A stretch of 64,000 nt of DNA, from NCBI GenBank assembly GCA_030390025.1, contig CM059433.1:30568001-30632000 (forward strand). Direction: 5' to 3'. Source of the stretch: Squalus acanthias (Eukaryota). A program made the position numbers and the translations under genes. The notes beneath the pieces are model-generated. The model had not been told where the DNA came from. It ran no database searches and saw nothing but the letters and a program-made list of their open reading frames with translations. Positions 35,374 through 48,059 of this stretch are shown here, one piece after another. Within the stretch, counting starts at the first letter, position 1, and each line of letters starts with the position of its first letter.

Positions 35374-36795
35374 ACAACAACTTGTATTTATATAGCGCCT
35401 TTAACGTAGTAAAATATCCCAAGGCGCTTCACAGGACTGTTATAAAACAAAATGTGACACTGAGCCACATAAGGAGATATTAGGGCAGATGACCAAAAGC
35501 TTAGTCAGAGAGAGGTAGAGAGGCAGAGAAGTTTAGGGAGGGAATTCCAGAGCTTAATGCCTAGGCAGCTGAAGGCATGGCTGCCAATGATGGAGTGATT
35601 AAAATCGGTGATGCGCAAGAGGCCAGAATTAGAGGAGTTCAGATATCTCAGACGGTTGTGGGGCTGGAGGAGGTAACAGAGATAGGGAGGGGAGAGGCCA
35701 TGGAGGGATTTAAAAACAAGGATAAGAATTTTAAAATCGAGGCGTTGCTTAACCAGGAGCCAATTTAACTCAGCAAGCACAGGGGTGATGGGTGAACGGG
35801 ACTTGGTGCGAGTTAGGACACGTGCAGCAGAGCTTGGGATGTCCTCAAGTTTACGGAGAGTAGATCGTGAGAGGCTGGCCAGGAATGCATTGGAATAGTC
35901 ATGTCTAGAGGTAATAAAGGCATGGATGAGGGTTTCAGCAGCGGATGAGCTGAGGCAGGGTGGAGTCGGGCAATGTTCCAGAGGTGAAAATAGGCGGCCT
36001 TAGTGATGACGTGGTTATGTGGTCGGAAGCTTATCTTGGGGTCAAATATGACACCAAGGTTGCGAACAGGCTGGCTCAGCCTGAGACACTTGCCAAGGAG
36101 AGGGATGGAGTCGGTGGCTAGGGAACGACGTTTGTGGCAGGGACCGAAGACAATGGCTTCCGTCTTCCCAATATTTAGTTGGAGGAAATTTCTGCTCAGC
36201 CAGTACTGGATGTCAGACAAGCAGTCTGACAATTTAGAGACAGTGGAGGGGTCGAGAGAGGTGGTGGTGAGGTAGAGCTGGGTGTCGTCAGCGTACATGT
36301 GGAAACTGACGCTGTGATTTCAGATGATGTCGCCGAGGGGTTGCATGCGGATGAGAAATAGGAGGGGGCCAAGGAAAAATCCTTGGGGGTCACCAGAGGT
36401 AAAAGTGCGGGAGTGGGAAAAGAAGCCATTGCAGGTGATTCCCTGGCTACGATTCGATAGATAAGAATGGAACCAGGCGAGTGCAGTCCCACCCAGCTGG
36501 ATGACGGTGGAGAGACGTTGGAGGAAGATGGTGTGGTCAACCGTGTCAAAGGCTGCAGACAGGTCGAGAAGGGCGAGGAGGGATAGTTTACCTTCGTCAC
36601 AGTCACATAGGATGTCATTTGTGACTTTGATAAGAGCCATTTCGATACTGTGGCAGGGGCGAAAATCTGATTGGAGGGATTCAAACATGGAGTCTGGGAA
36701 AGATGAGTGTGAATTTGGGAGGGGACAACACATTTAAGAACTTTGGAGAGAAAAGGGAGGTTCGAGATGGGGCGGTTATTTGCAAGGACGGAGAT
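35374..36795 (-). mobile_element. L2 LINE, RT domain to 3' end, frameshifted; inserted in an older CR1
   Basis: LLDLSAAFDTVDH, GDPQGFFLGPLLF and YADDTQLY motifs. Confidence 0.9.
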
Positions 36796-37058
36796 TAGTT
36801 TTGAATTTACCCCCCTTCAAGTGCAGGCTGTTCTGGACAAGGTGAAACAGCTTGCCATGGTCAACATCATCCAGTCCCTTTAGAATCCTAAAATCAGCAA
36901 TAATATCCCCTCTCCAGCTTCTCTTTTCTAGTGAGAACAAGTTTAACATAATTGTTCCTATAAATCCAATCCCTCCATCATTCTGGTTGCACTTTTCTGT
37001 ATCCTTTCAATAGCTACAATATTCTTGCTGTACTGAGGTGACCAGAATTGTACACAGT

Positions 37059-37803
37059 GGCCCGAAAATTAGACCTAATACGCGAGAGTACGCACTGTGT
37101 ACTCTCGCGTTTTAGGTCTCCAATTGCCGGTTTCCAGCATGCACTGCGCATGCGCGGGAAACCGGCACTTCGTGAATTCAAAAGGGGGCGGTTCCTAGGT
37201 GAACCGCGTGCGCGCTACAGGCTGCGCGCACGCAGTGCACTTAGTGCTTTGAACGCGCAGGTAAGCATGGAAGATTTTACACATAAAGAAAGGAGGCGTA
37301 AGACCCTCTTTTAACAAGGTAAGTAGTTAATTAAGTATTATTTTAAATTTTTTTCAACAGGTTTATCTTTTATAGAGACTTTAAAGAAAGGTAAGTTTAT
37401 TTTTATAACTTTTAAAAAGATTTTAAATTTTTTCAAAAATTTAATTTTTTGTTTAAAGTGGTTAATTTATTTAACTATACTTATTTTATTAATGTGATGG
37501 CTTTTTAAAAAAATTTAATTGAGGTTTAGCTGTTCTTTTGGGGGGGTATATTATTCATAGCTTTGACAGGTCTTCCTGTCAAAACTATGAATGAAAGATG
37601 GTGTGCTGCCATTGGCTCTAACTGAATCACGTGATCCCAGAGCTCGCACGAATTAACTGCGTCTCTGGGTCACGCAAGCACTGCACAGCTGCAGCCTTGA
37701 AACTAAAGTTCATGTGGGCCCGGAGGAAAAAGGTAGGCGCGGAGTGAGATATCGCGGGGAAGCCTTACCCCCGCGTCAACACTCAGTCTTTAGTTTCTGG
37801 GCC
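37059..37803. mobile_element. Harbinger-type MITE, AGT TSD
   Basis: AGT-GGCCCGAAAATTA...TAGTTTCTGGGCC-AGT; near-identical to 52030-52775; inserted in an old CR1. Confidence 0.88.
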
Positions 37804-38279
37804 AGTGTTTTAAGAGCAGTCGCACCAATGATTTATAAAGTGCCAGGATTACCTCACTATTTCAGCTCAATATTGACCTTTTAATACATCCCAACCCCTG
37901 ATTTGCTTCACTCACTGCCACTGAGCATTTTTGTGATTGACAATAAATTGAGGCTATCAGGACCCCAGATCTCTTTCATTTTCCATACACATCACTTTCT
38001 TTCCATTTAAATAATAGTCCCTTCCTGGATTTTTTGTCCCCATGTGAAGCCCTTTGCAATTCGCTACTTTGAATTTCATCTGACACCTGTCTGCCCAATT
38101 CACAAATATATTCAAATCCTCCTGTGAGTTATCCTGTTCAGCTTTTCAGTCTATCGCCTTTGTATCTGCAAATTTATCCACTGTGCTCGAGACTCCAAGC
38201 TCCAGATCATTTATTACTGATACTGTGCTCAGAAAGTGCTAAAAATCATAGAAATTATACAATCTTGTAAATATGTACT

Positions 38280-38828
38280 AACAACAACTTTCATTTATAT
38301 AGCCCCTTAACATAATAAAACATCCCAAGGGGCTTCACAGGAGTGTAATCGGACAAAGATTGACACCGAGCCAAAGAAGGAGATATTAGGACAAATGACA
38401 AAACGCTTGGTCAAAGAGTTAGGTTTTAAGGAGCATCTTAAAGGAGGAGAGAGAGGTAGAGGCAGAGAGGTTTAGGAAGGGAATTCCAGAACTTGGGGCC
38501 TAGATCGCTGAAGGCACGGCCGCCAATGGTGGTCGAGAAGAAAGTGGAGGTTGCGCAAGAGGCCAGCGTTGGAGGAATACAGAGTTCTCAAAGGGTTGCA
38601 GGGCTAGATGAGGTTACAGAGATAGGGAGGGGCGAGGACATGGAGGGATTTGAACACAAGGATGAAAATTTTAAAGTCAAGGTGTTGTTGGACCAGGAGC
38701 CAAGGTAGGTCAGCGAGCACAGGGGTGATGGGTGAACGGGATTTGGTACAAGTTAGGATACGGGTGGCAGAGTTTTGAAGGCGCTTAAGTGTATAGAGGG
38801 TAGCAGCTGAGAGGCTGGCCAGGAGAAC
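38280..38828 (-). mobile_element. L2 LINE 3' fragment
   Basis: Colinear with 15727-16280. Confidence 0.8.
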
Positions 38829-40199
38829 AAGCTTGAGTTATAAACAGAAATTCCATTTTGAATTGCTGCTTAGTGCGATAGGGAACTTTTATACATTATT
38901 TTTGTTAGTGAGACATAATTTCAAAAACTTTATAACTTGGTAATCTTAATAAATTTATCCAGTAATGATATTTCCCAGAGTTGCCTTTAGGAAATCAACT
39001 TTCAGAGATATATATTGTTATTAAGAAACCTTGTTGGTAGGCTAGAACACCAAAATTGAAGAAAATAAGATAAGGCAGATAAAGGAACAGTGGCTATTTA
39101 ATGCCTGTATAGAGTGTTGGAGAAGAAAGACTGAGGGAGACCAGGACTTCCTCTCTTCTCAGGAAATCAGATCTAAATGAGCTGAAGTAAAAAAGCTGAT
39201 CACAGCGACATCCAATTAAAATAGACAGAAATGTTGGGAGAGAATTCAGGTGCAAAGATCCACATGGGACTGATTCCCTTACATCTGTTCAGAGAATTTA
39301 CTCTCCAAGGCTATCTGGGACCTGAGTGAACAGGGCAAGCAACAGGGTATCTCCCTATTTTGAGGAACAGACTTGAGGGGCTGAATTAACCTACTCCTGA
39401 TCCTATGTTCCTTAAATAAAAATCTTGAACTAAGGGCTTTTGAGGGATTTTGATCGAGTAGATGGGAAGAATCTGTTTCCACTGGCAGAAGGGTCAGTAA
39501 CTAGAGGACACAGATTTAAGATAATTGGCAAAGAATCCTTAATTCTCATTGGTTAAGGAGACACCCTGTTGGTTGCCCTGTTCACTCAGGTCCTAGATGC
39601 CCCGTTTCCCTCGCTGCGCTGTTATCAGCTCGCACTTTCAGTAACTTTGTGGGCAAAGATGTTTTGAGCTGAAGGGTGCAGGGCAAGTATAACGCACGGC
39701 AGATGGCCTGTTACAGCAAATTCTGACCCATTAATTGAACGGCTCGACAAAGAGAGCAGGCTTTTTATTTGCAGTTACAATCCGCAGGAGATTTGCATCA
39801 GCCATTGTTAATCAGCCAGCCTTGTGCCATGCTCCTGATTTGCAACACAACATGAAACCAACAGTGCATGCGGCCTTTACTGGCTTAGAATCATGCAGTA
39901 AATGCAGCGATCCTGTACTCCTAACATGGTGAGCACCATTTCTTGGACCATTTCGAGTGCGGCTCCCTGCTGAGTTGACAGCACAGGTGAGCTTATTTCC
40001 ATATCCGTTTTCACAAATCAGTGTGTATCTTATTCCAATCTCAGCAATGTAAATTTTCAGTCACAATATAGAGAGTGTTTATTGCTTAGTATAGATCTTG
40101 GGAACTTACTTGTACGGTAATTAACAAAAATATGCATTGGAACGAAAAGTATTGAATGCTGGAAATCTGAAATTAAAACTGAAGATGCTGGAAAGCACA

Positions 40200-40664
40200 G
40201 AAGAAAGAAAGACTGACTTGCATTTATATAGCGCCTTTCAGGACGTCCAAAGCTTTACAACCAATGAAGTACTTTTGGAGTGTAGTCACTGTTGTAATGT
40301 AGGAAATGCGGCAGCCAATTTGGGCACAGCAAGCTCCCACAAACAGCAATGTGATAATGACCAGATAATCTATTTTTAATGGTGTTGATTGAGGGATAAA
40401 TATTGACCAAGACACTGAGGAGAACTCCCCAGCTCTTCTACTGAATAGGGCCGTGGGATCTTTTACATCCACCTGATAGAGCAGATGTGGCCCTCGGTTT
40501 AACATCTCAGCCAAAAGACGGCACCGCTGACAGTGCAGCACTCCTTCAGTACTGCACTGGGAGTGTCAGCCTGGATTATGTGCTCAAGTCTCTGGAGTGG
40601 GACCTTAACCCACAACCTTCTGACGCAGAGGCAAGAGTGCTACCCACTGAGCCATGGCTGACAC
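40200..40664 (-). mobile_element. Full-length Deu-type SINE
   Basis: Reverse complement of the 17216-17685 family, including the tRNA head. Confidence 0.85.
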
Positions 40665-41301
40665 TGTGGTTGAAGGTTGATCAACAGCTGAGACTGGAAG
40701 CTAGGTTAATGCTTCACATGTAGATCTTCATCAAAACTGGCATGGTCAGATTGGACTGGTACTGATAACTTTCATCACCAGCAGGTGACTATGTAGAGCC
40801 ATGTTTTGTCTGGATGACATCTATCTATTGTAAAAATTTCCAGTGTTCAAAATCTGCACCAAACTAGCTGCAAATGGAAGGCTGTACTGAGGCTGTACGT
40901 TTCAAATTGAGCGTGTAAAGTTAAGTTGACAAATTCGAGATGGAGGTCAGTTACTCTGTGTTTTATAACGATGACCTCAACCAATCAGCATCATATTGTC
41001 AGCGCCTTATTTTCTATCTAAATGTTAAATAAGTCAATAAAATTGTTTCTAACATGTTGATCCACTGCAATCAACTAATCCAACATTAATTCAGTATCAT
41101 TCCTAGCAGCCAATTGACCTATGGCACAGACTTAGTGTATGGAATATCAATTTACCAATAATTATTACATATAATAAATGAAAATGAACAGGATTTTTTG
41201 TTGGTTCTTGTTCTAATTGGATTGGATCTTCTGAACATAAATCTAAATTCTCCATTAACTATTAGGTTGTAGTGGGATCTTATCAATGGTACAAACAGAG
41301 G

Positions 41302-42525
41302 ACATAGGAACAGGAGGAGGCCATTCAGCCCCTCGAGCCTGTTCCACCATTCAATTAGATCATGGCTAATATGTATCTTAACTCCATACCTGCCTTGCTT
41401 CTGTAACCCTTAATACCCTTGCCTAACAAAAATCTATCAATCTCAATTTTGAAATTTTCAATTGACCCCCAGCCTCAACAGCTTTTTGGGGGAGAGAGTT
41501 CCAGATTTCCACTACCCTTTGTGTGAAGAAGTGCTTCCTGACATCACCCCTGAACGGACTAGCTCTAATTCTAAGGTTGTGCCCCCTTGTTCTGGACACC
41601 CCACCAGAGGAAATAGTTTCTCTCTCTCTACCCTATCAATTCCTTCAATCATCTTAAACACCTCAATTAGATCAGCCCTTAATCTTCTATACTTGAGGGA
41701 ATACAAGCCTAGTCTATGCAACCAGGCCTCATAATTTAACCCTTTTAGCCCCGGTATCATTTTGGTGAATCTGCGTTGCACCCTCTCCAAGGCCAGTATA
41801 TCCTTCCTGAGGTGCGGTGCCCAGAACTGGACGCAGTACTCCAGATGGGGTCTCACCAGAGCTCTGTACAGCTGTGACATAACTTCCACCCCTTTGTATT
41901 CCAGCCCTCTTGAGATAAACACTAACGTTCCATTAAATTTTTAAATTATTTTTTGTACCTGTCCGCTAGTTTTTAGTGATTTCTGTAAATGGACTCCTAA
42001 ATCTCTCTGCTCCTCCACAGTTCCTAGCGTCTCAGCATTTAAAAATAATCTGATCTATCTTTCTTAGGTCCAGAGTGGATGACCTCACTTCCCCACACTG
42101 AACTCCATCTGCCACAGTTTTGCTCAGACACTTAATCTACCAATGTCCCTTTGCAACGTTCTGCTCAGATCTATATTATTTAATATGCCACTTAATTTAG
42201 TGTCATCAGCAAACTTGGATATATGATTCTCCAGTCCTTCATCTAAATCATTTATAAATATAGTGAAAAGCTGAGGCCCCAGTGCAGATCTCTGGGGGAC
42301 ACCAGTAGTCACATTCTGCCAATTTGAGTACATACACATTGTCCCTACTCTGTCTCCTACCTCCTAACCAATTCCTTATTCAGGAAAATAGGTTGCCTCC
42401 AATTACATGAACTTTTATTTTTGTTAACTGGCTCTTACTTGGAACCTTGTCGAATGCCTTCGGAAGTCCGTATAAATAATATACATAGACACTCCCTTAT
42501 CTACCATAATAGTGACTTCCTCAAA
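41302..42525 (-). mobile_element. CR1 LINE, RT to 3' end
   Basis: [13 protein letters not shown]...KFADDTKL and LVRPHLEYCVQFW peptides. Confidence 0.88.
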
Positions 42526-44480
42526 ATCATGGTGAGCACTGCCATAATTTTGACTAGATAACCACACTGTTCCAGACCACCTTTCTCTATCAACCAATAT
42601 CTCACTTGCTGTCCCAGCTTCTTCTCTGCTCTCTCACTTTAAAGTCTTGTGTTGTACATTGAACAAAATGTTGGAGCTTCTTCATGTTCCTTAGCTTTGC
42701 TGAAACCACTCTGCACAGTTAAGCGTGGTTTTACCCTACCATTAGTATGAGGAGCCACCACTGTCATGCTGCCTGGTGTATCCCATGGGATTCAAGTCAT
42801 TGAGCCGACTACAATCAGATTTCCTTTGTAGATTATACATTTATTATTCCCTGTACGTCATTGCAGTTTCCCTGAATCTTTGCTGTACAAATAAAGCTAT
42901 AAGAATAATGGAACATATTTCACCTTACAATGTATTCTTGCTCGAGATTGGCAAACCTCAAGCTCAGAAGTATTACTTCCACAACGAGGTCCATGTGCAG
43001 CTTACAATGTTGATGTTACTATTTACATGTCAATCAAGCTTTCAAAGAAAAGGGTGCAATTGACTCAGGGTGGGATCTGTGCCTGCACACCTTCACTTCC
43101 TGGTTTAATCAATCCATACCTGAACTCTGAACTCTATGTATCTTTCCATACTTGACCTTAATAGCACCTATAAATAACTTTAGCAGAGTTCAGTTAAGAT
43201 CCACATTATTTTATCCATTTAACAATTCAGAGCAAGACTACTGAGTAATTTCATGACTGAGAGCATTGTTCTCCATCTCCTGGGCCTGCGTCCCATAATA
43301 CCTCATATGAATGAGATTAAACTTTCCTCTTCCAGATAGCTGTAAGGGTCCTATCTATATTCATAATAATCTTATAAAAAGGTCACATTTCAGACGTTGT
43401 ATTCAGTCAAATGCAAACTTCTTCTTCATGCTTGAAGAAAGTATCAAGCATCAAGGAACCTATGGGTGGCATTACATGAACTGATGCTCGCTGATAATCC
43501 TCAGCTGACCCATGGTGTCATTTTGTGCCCCTTGTATGTAAGTGGACATCATCAAGGGAAGAAGAGAGTGTCAAGTGTCCTTGTGAAAGTTACGGCTCAG
43601 TGAGGTTGATAGTGTTGATGTTCCTTGGTTCTTAGCTCTATCCTGTATGACATCCTAGGCATGGGTCACGGCTGGCTTCACTTTCACTGAGGGAGGTATT
43701 TGAGACATGGAGGGACAAAGTGTATTTGTGCCTCGCTAGCACAATCCTCAGCTCGGTTCCAGAGAAGACTGACTGTTCATTATCACATTGCAGTTTGTGG
43801 GACCTTGCTGTACACAAATTGGCTGCCGCGTTTCCTACATTACAACAGTGACTACACTTTAAAAGTACTTCATTGGCTATAAAGGGCTTTGGGACGTCCT
43901 GAGGTCATGAAAGGCGCTATAGAAATGCAAGTTCTTTCTTTCATTGACAAATCTCTCTCTCAATGTCTGGCCATGATTTTAAGGAGCAACAGCCACTGTG
44001 ATCTGAAGCTGTCACTGCACCCTACTTTTAGTCATATTCGCAACAGATTGCCCATATATCTTGCATGATGATTTGATTTTTCAATGATATAGTTCTAGTG
44101 TTATTAATAAACATACGTCCAAAGCAACTTCCAAGGAAAGGAAAAGACCGGAGTCACAGGTGAAGAAAGCGAACTTGTACGACCAGGAATAACTTTGGGT
44201 ACGATTTTCCCAATGGAGGCGGGTTGGAGACGGGTTTCGGTTTGGGTGGGTTCCAAACCTGCCTCCACTGAGAGGTGGGAAAAATTTGCGATTTTCCCCT
44301 AATTGGCCAGTTGATCTCAGAGGTGTGGGTTCCCCTGGGCCAATTAGTCTTTTGGGACTGAAACTCGCCTCTGCTGACGTCACTTATCCAGCTTCATTTA
44401 AGGGCTGCTTGCTGCCTTGGCTCATTCCACTGGTTTTTGGTCAATGGTGCACCACCTCCAAACTTTTATCTCCTTGAAGA

Positions 44481-44663
44481 ATGGCCAGCTCCAAGGCAAG
44501 GGCCTCCCCGAGGTTCTCAGATGAGGCGCTGGGTATGCTGGTTGAGGGGGCGAGAGCGAGCAGGGAGGTGCTCTTCCCCTCATCTGGGAGGAAGAGGCCT
44601 CCCAAAGAAACCAAGGCTGTGTGGGTCCAGCTGGCAAGGGATATAACCTCCAGATCTGTGTGA
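44481..44663 (+). pseudogene. Truncated Harbinger Myb/SANT-like DNA-binding protein
   Basis: MASSKARASPRFSDEALGMLVEGARASREVLF...KAVWVQLARDITS fits the R-F-S..E..L-V...W pattern of Harbinger accessory proteins. Confidence 0.75.
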
Positions 44664-44939
44664 CATTGGGTGATTGTTTCTGTTTATTGATAAAATGCCA
44701 TCCCTGTGTGAATGTATTAAAATGAGGTGATGGTAAACTGTTGGCATGATGGCATCTGTTATTTCAGCTTAGGCAGCTCCACATTGCGGGCTCCGCGACA
44801 TTTGTGTGGTCAGGTTGGTGGTCAGAGTGAAAGGAGGCCAGAGAGTCATGTCCAATGTCTATCATGTGTTAAGAAGGAGCCAAGCACATGTGCCACAATG
44901 GGCAACCTATGCAAATCTGGCCAGGATGAGTGTATCCCT

Positions 44940-46120
44940 TGCATCACGGGTAGCCATGTGCTCGCGTGCTGCCACTGCTGCTGGTAGATACGCCACCGCT
45001 CGGTCCTCCTCCTCCTCATCTGAGGAGGCTATGAACTGAGCCACTTACTCATCAGGAAGCTGGAAGCCACGACGCTGTGCCATGTTGTGCAATGCACAGC
45101 AGACCACAACCATTCTGGAGACTCTGGCTGCTGAATACTGCAGGGCTCCACATGATCTGTCAAGGCATCAGAATCACATCTTCAGCAAGCCAATTTATTG
45201 CTCGATGATGGAACTGGTCGAAATGTGGCTGGCGTTGTAGCGCTCCTCAGCCTGGTTAGCTGGCCTCCTGATCGGCGTCATTAGCCACTTCTTCAGGGGG
45301 TAGCCCTTGTCATCAAGGAGCCATCCGTTAAGTTGGTTTGGCGGATTGAAGAGCGGAGGAACACTAGAGTTCCGCAGGATGGAAGAGTCATCGCAACTAC
45401 CACAGAACTTGGCGCAAACATGCTAAATATCCTTGTGGTTACACACCAGCTGTACGTTGAGGGAGTGGAAGCCCTTGCGGTTGACAAAGATAGCTGGGTT
45501 TTGATGGGGTGCCCTAAGGGCCACATGTGTGCATTCTATGACGCCCTGCACCATTGGCAAGCCTGCCATATTTGCAAAGCCAACCAAACACGCGGTTACA
45601 CTTGCTTGATCCCTTGAGAAGTGGATAAAATTGTGCGCCTTTGCGAAATGGGCATTGGTAACCTGCATGATGCAACAGTGGGCGGCTGACTGGGAGATGC
45701 CGCTGATGTCTACTGTTGATCCCTGGAAGGAGCCTGAGGCCAAAATTTGAGTGCGGTGGTGACTTTGACAGCCACTGGTAAGGGGTGTCCACCCGCTCCT
45801 CTGGGCTCCAGGTGTTGGTGCAGCAGTGCGCAGATGTCTCCGACAACCTGTCGCGAAAGTCTAAGCCTCCTTTGGCACTGCTGCTCAGACATGTTGATGT
45901 AGCTCATCCTCTGTCTGTAAACCCTGAGAGGGGGGTATCTCCTGCGGCGACGTGCTTCCATGCACTGGTGCCTTCTGCCCTGTGCAGCATCAGGTGGGTG
46001 AGCAGGAGGTTGGCACTCCTGCTGCTGTTGCTGCTGAGCTGCCTGGTTCTGCTGCTGCCGTGGCTGCTCCTCATCCGAATCTGAGGTCCATGATGAAAGG
46101 AAATAAATGGTTCCCATGCT
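44940..46120 (-). pseudogene. Harbinger (HARBI1-like) DDE transposase pseudogene
   Basis: Pieces in shifting frames: [10 protein letters not shown]...[17 protein letters not shown]...[47 protein letters not shown]. Stops and frameshifts present. Confidence 0.88.
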
Positions 46121-48059
46121 GCTGGCAGATACCTCCGTTGGGGAAGTGCTCAGTCCAAGCAGGGAGAGGGTCTTACAAGGAGGTCCCACAGTTCAGAGAT
46201 AGAAGCTGCAGCACCTCCGACTTCGGCAGGCCTGCTAAAATGCTGAAAGACCTGTGGAACAAAAGTTCTGCCACCTGCAACTGCTCCCTGATGAAAGCTC
46301 CATTTTAATGGTGGAGCTGCAGCTGTGAGGAGGCCACCCACTTGTCAACCCGCCGGGATTAGCTGGCGTGGTTTAGGAGGGTCGTGCAACACGCACAAAA
46401 TGTGGCAAAATAACAAAGGCCTGTCAAAATAGGATTATAGAGGCCCTTAATGACTATTTAAGGGTCTTAACTACCTCTCCCGACTGATGGAAGCGGGACC
46501 GAATCGCCCCTATCAAACCCGCCTCCGGCAAAATTGCACGGAGGCGGGTTCCGAACCCGCCCTCACTTTTTGCGATTTTGCCAACTGTCCCGCCTCCAAA
46601 CCCACCTCCTCGGGGCTGGGAAAATCGCCCCCATTGATTACAGTCAATGGCCACAATATTTGGAGCATGAAGTAGATTTAAAACAATTCACAACAAAAGA
46701 AAATACTTGAAGGGGAAAAACTTGCAGGGCTATGGGGAAAGAACAGGGGAAGTGGGAATAATTGGACAGCTCTTTCAAAGAGCCGGCACAGACACGATGG
46801 GCCGAATGGCCTCCTGTGCTGTATCATTCTACCATTCTAAGAAAACCATGGTGAGCAAACCAAATGTAACATTGGAACAGGAGAGGATATAGAGAGAACA
46901 GAATAAATTATAACACCTCACAAAGCTTTCTAAAGTACTGGAATGCAGCAAGAGTTACCATGGAAATTAATGCTCTCCAGCTGTGAGAGTCCATTTTAAG
47001 CATCTCTGTGTATACTGAGAGTGCCTGTTGAGGTTGGAAAACGCTGGTCCTCTTTAGGCATGAGCACTTTGGTGATTTATAAAAACCTTTGTAACACTTA
47101 TGTAGAAAAACACTAGTTAAAATAAATATATTTACACAGAGAGTAGTTATGCTTATTCGGCCTCCTTTGTAGGAATGAGATTGTTTCATGACTGTTCACA
47201 TTGTTCAATATTGTTCAGTAAAGACATGCATTTATATGGCACCTTTCACGACCTCAGGGCGTCCCAAAGCGTTTTACAGCCAATTAAATACTCTTTGAAG
47301 TGCAGTCAGTGTTGTAATATCGGAAACGTGGATTAGCGCAGAATTTGCACACAGCAAGCTCCCACAAACAGCGTGCGTTCAGGATGCATATACCCTCCAG
47401 CCTTGAGTAGAGGAACCCTGCTACATTAATGATGCTGCACAGGTCCTCCAGGAGCAAGTAAGGCAGGAGTAAGGAAAGTCCAATTGGACATTTTCAAAAG
47501 GTGGGATTGGTCAAGATTCGAGATTTGGGGGACCATTTCCTTTGGGCGAGGGATTGTCCTCCACTTGCTCCCACTCCCAAAAATAATTCAAAACAGCTGA
47601 ACTTCAGACCTCACTGTATATGTCAGACACTAATCTGTGGTGATTGTGTTTCCTCACAGCTTTCATCCCAGGTTACGCCAAAAGTTTACTAAAAGCTTCA
47701 AGAAGGTAGCAATCTTCATTCATTTACCTTCAGAACTACAGCAGTTATCCTCGTTTGAAAGTCTTAACTGCAGCTGTGCTACTTATGACTTTCCCAGCAG
47801 GCTAACATACAGGTACAGCTGAAAGAAATGGGACTGAAAACGTTCTGGTGCATTGCTAAACAGAGTGCTCATTTGGAAGTCTTCGCACATCATCAACAGC
47901 AAATCCGCAGCTGGAGTGTGAAGATCAATCCTGAGGAGATACTGAGGGAATTTAGAAAGCTGGTTCTGTACCAGTGAGGGTTAGAGAGACAACTGCTTTC
48001 AAGTAAGAGAAGTACAGTACCTTTTATCATTACATTAGTCTCACAAAACTATTAAGTAG

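Larger units (their letters stand above)
44197..46632. mobile_element. Decayed PIF/Harbinger DNA transposon with two convergent gene remnants
   Basis: TIRs GGGTACGATTTTCCC / GGGAAAATCGCCCCC; encloses a transposase remnant (-) and a Myb/SANT-like remnant (+). Confidence 0.85.

Noticed and set aside
47800..47980. Possible plus-strand exon or ORF (ANIQVQLKEMGLKTFWC...) upstream of the long CR1
   Set aside because: No recognisable homology, ends in a stop codon, and has no partner exons.
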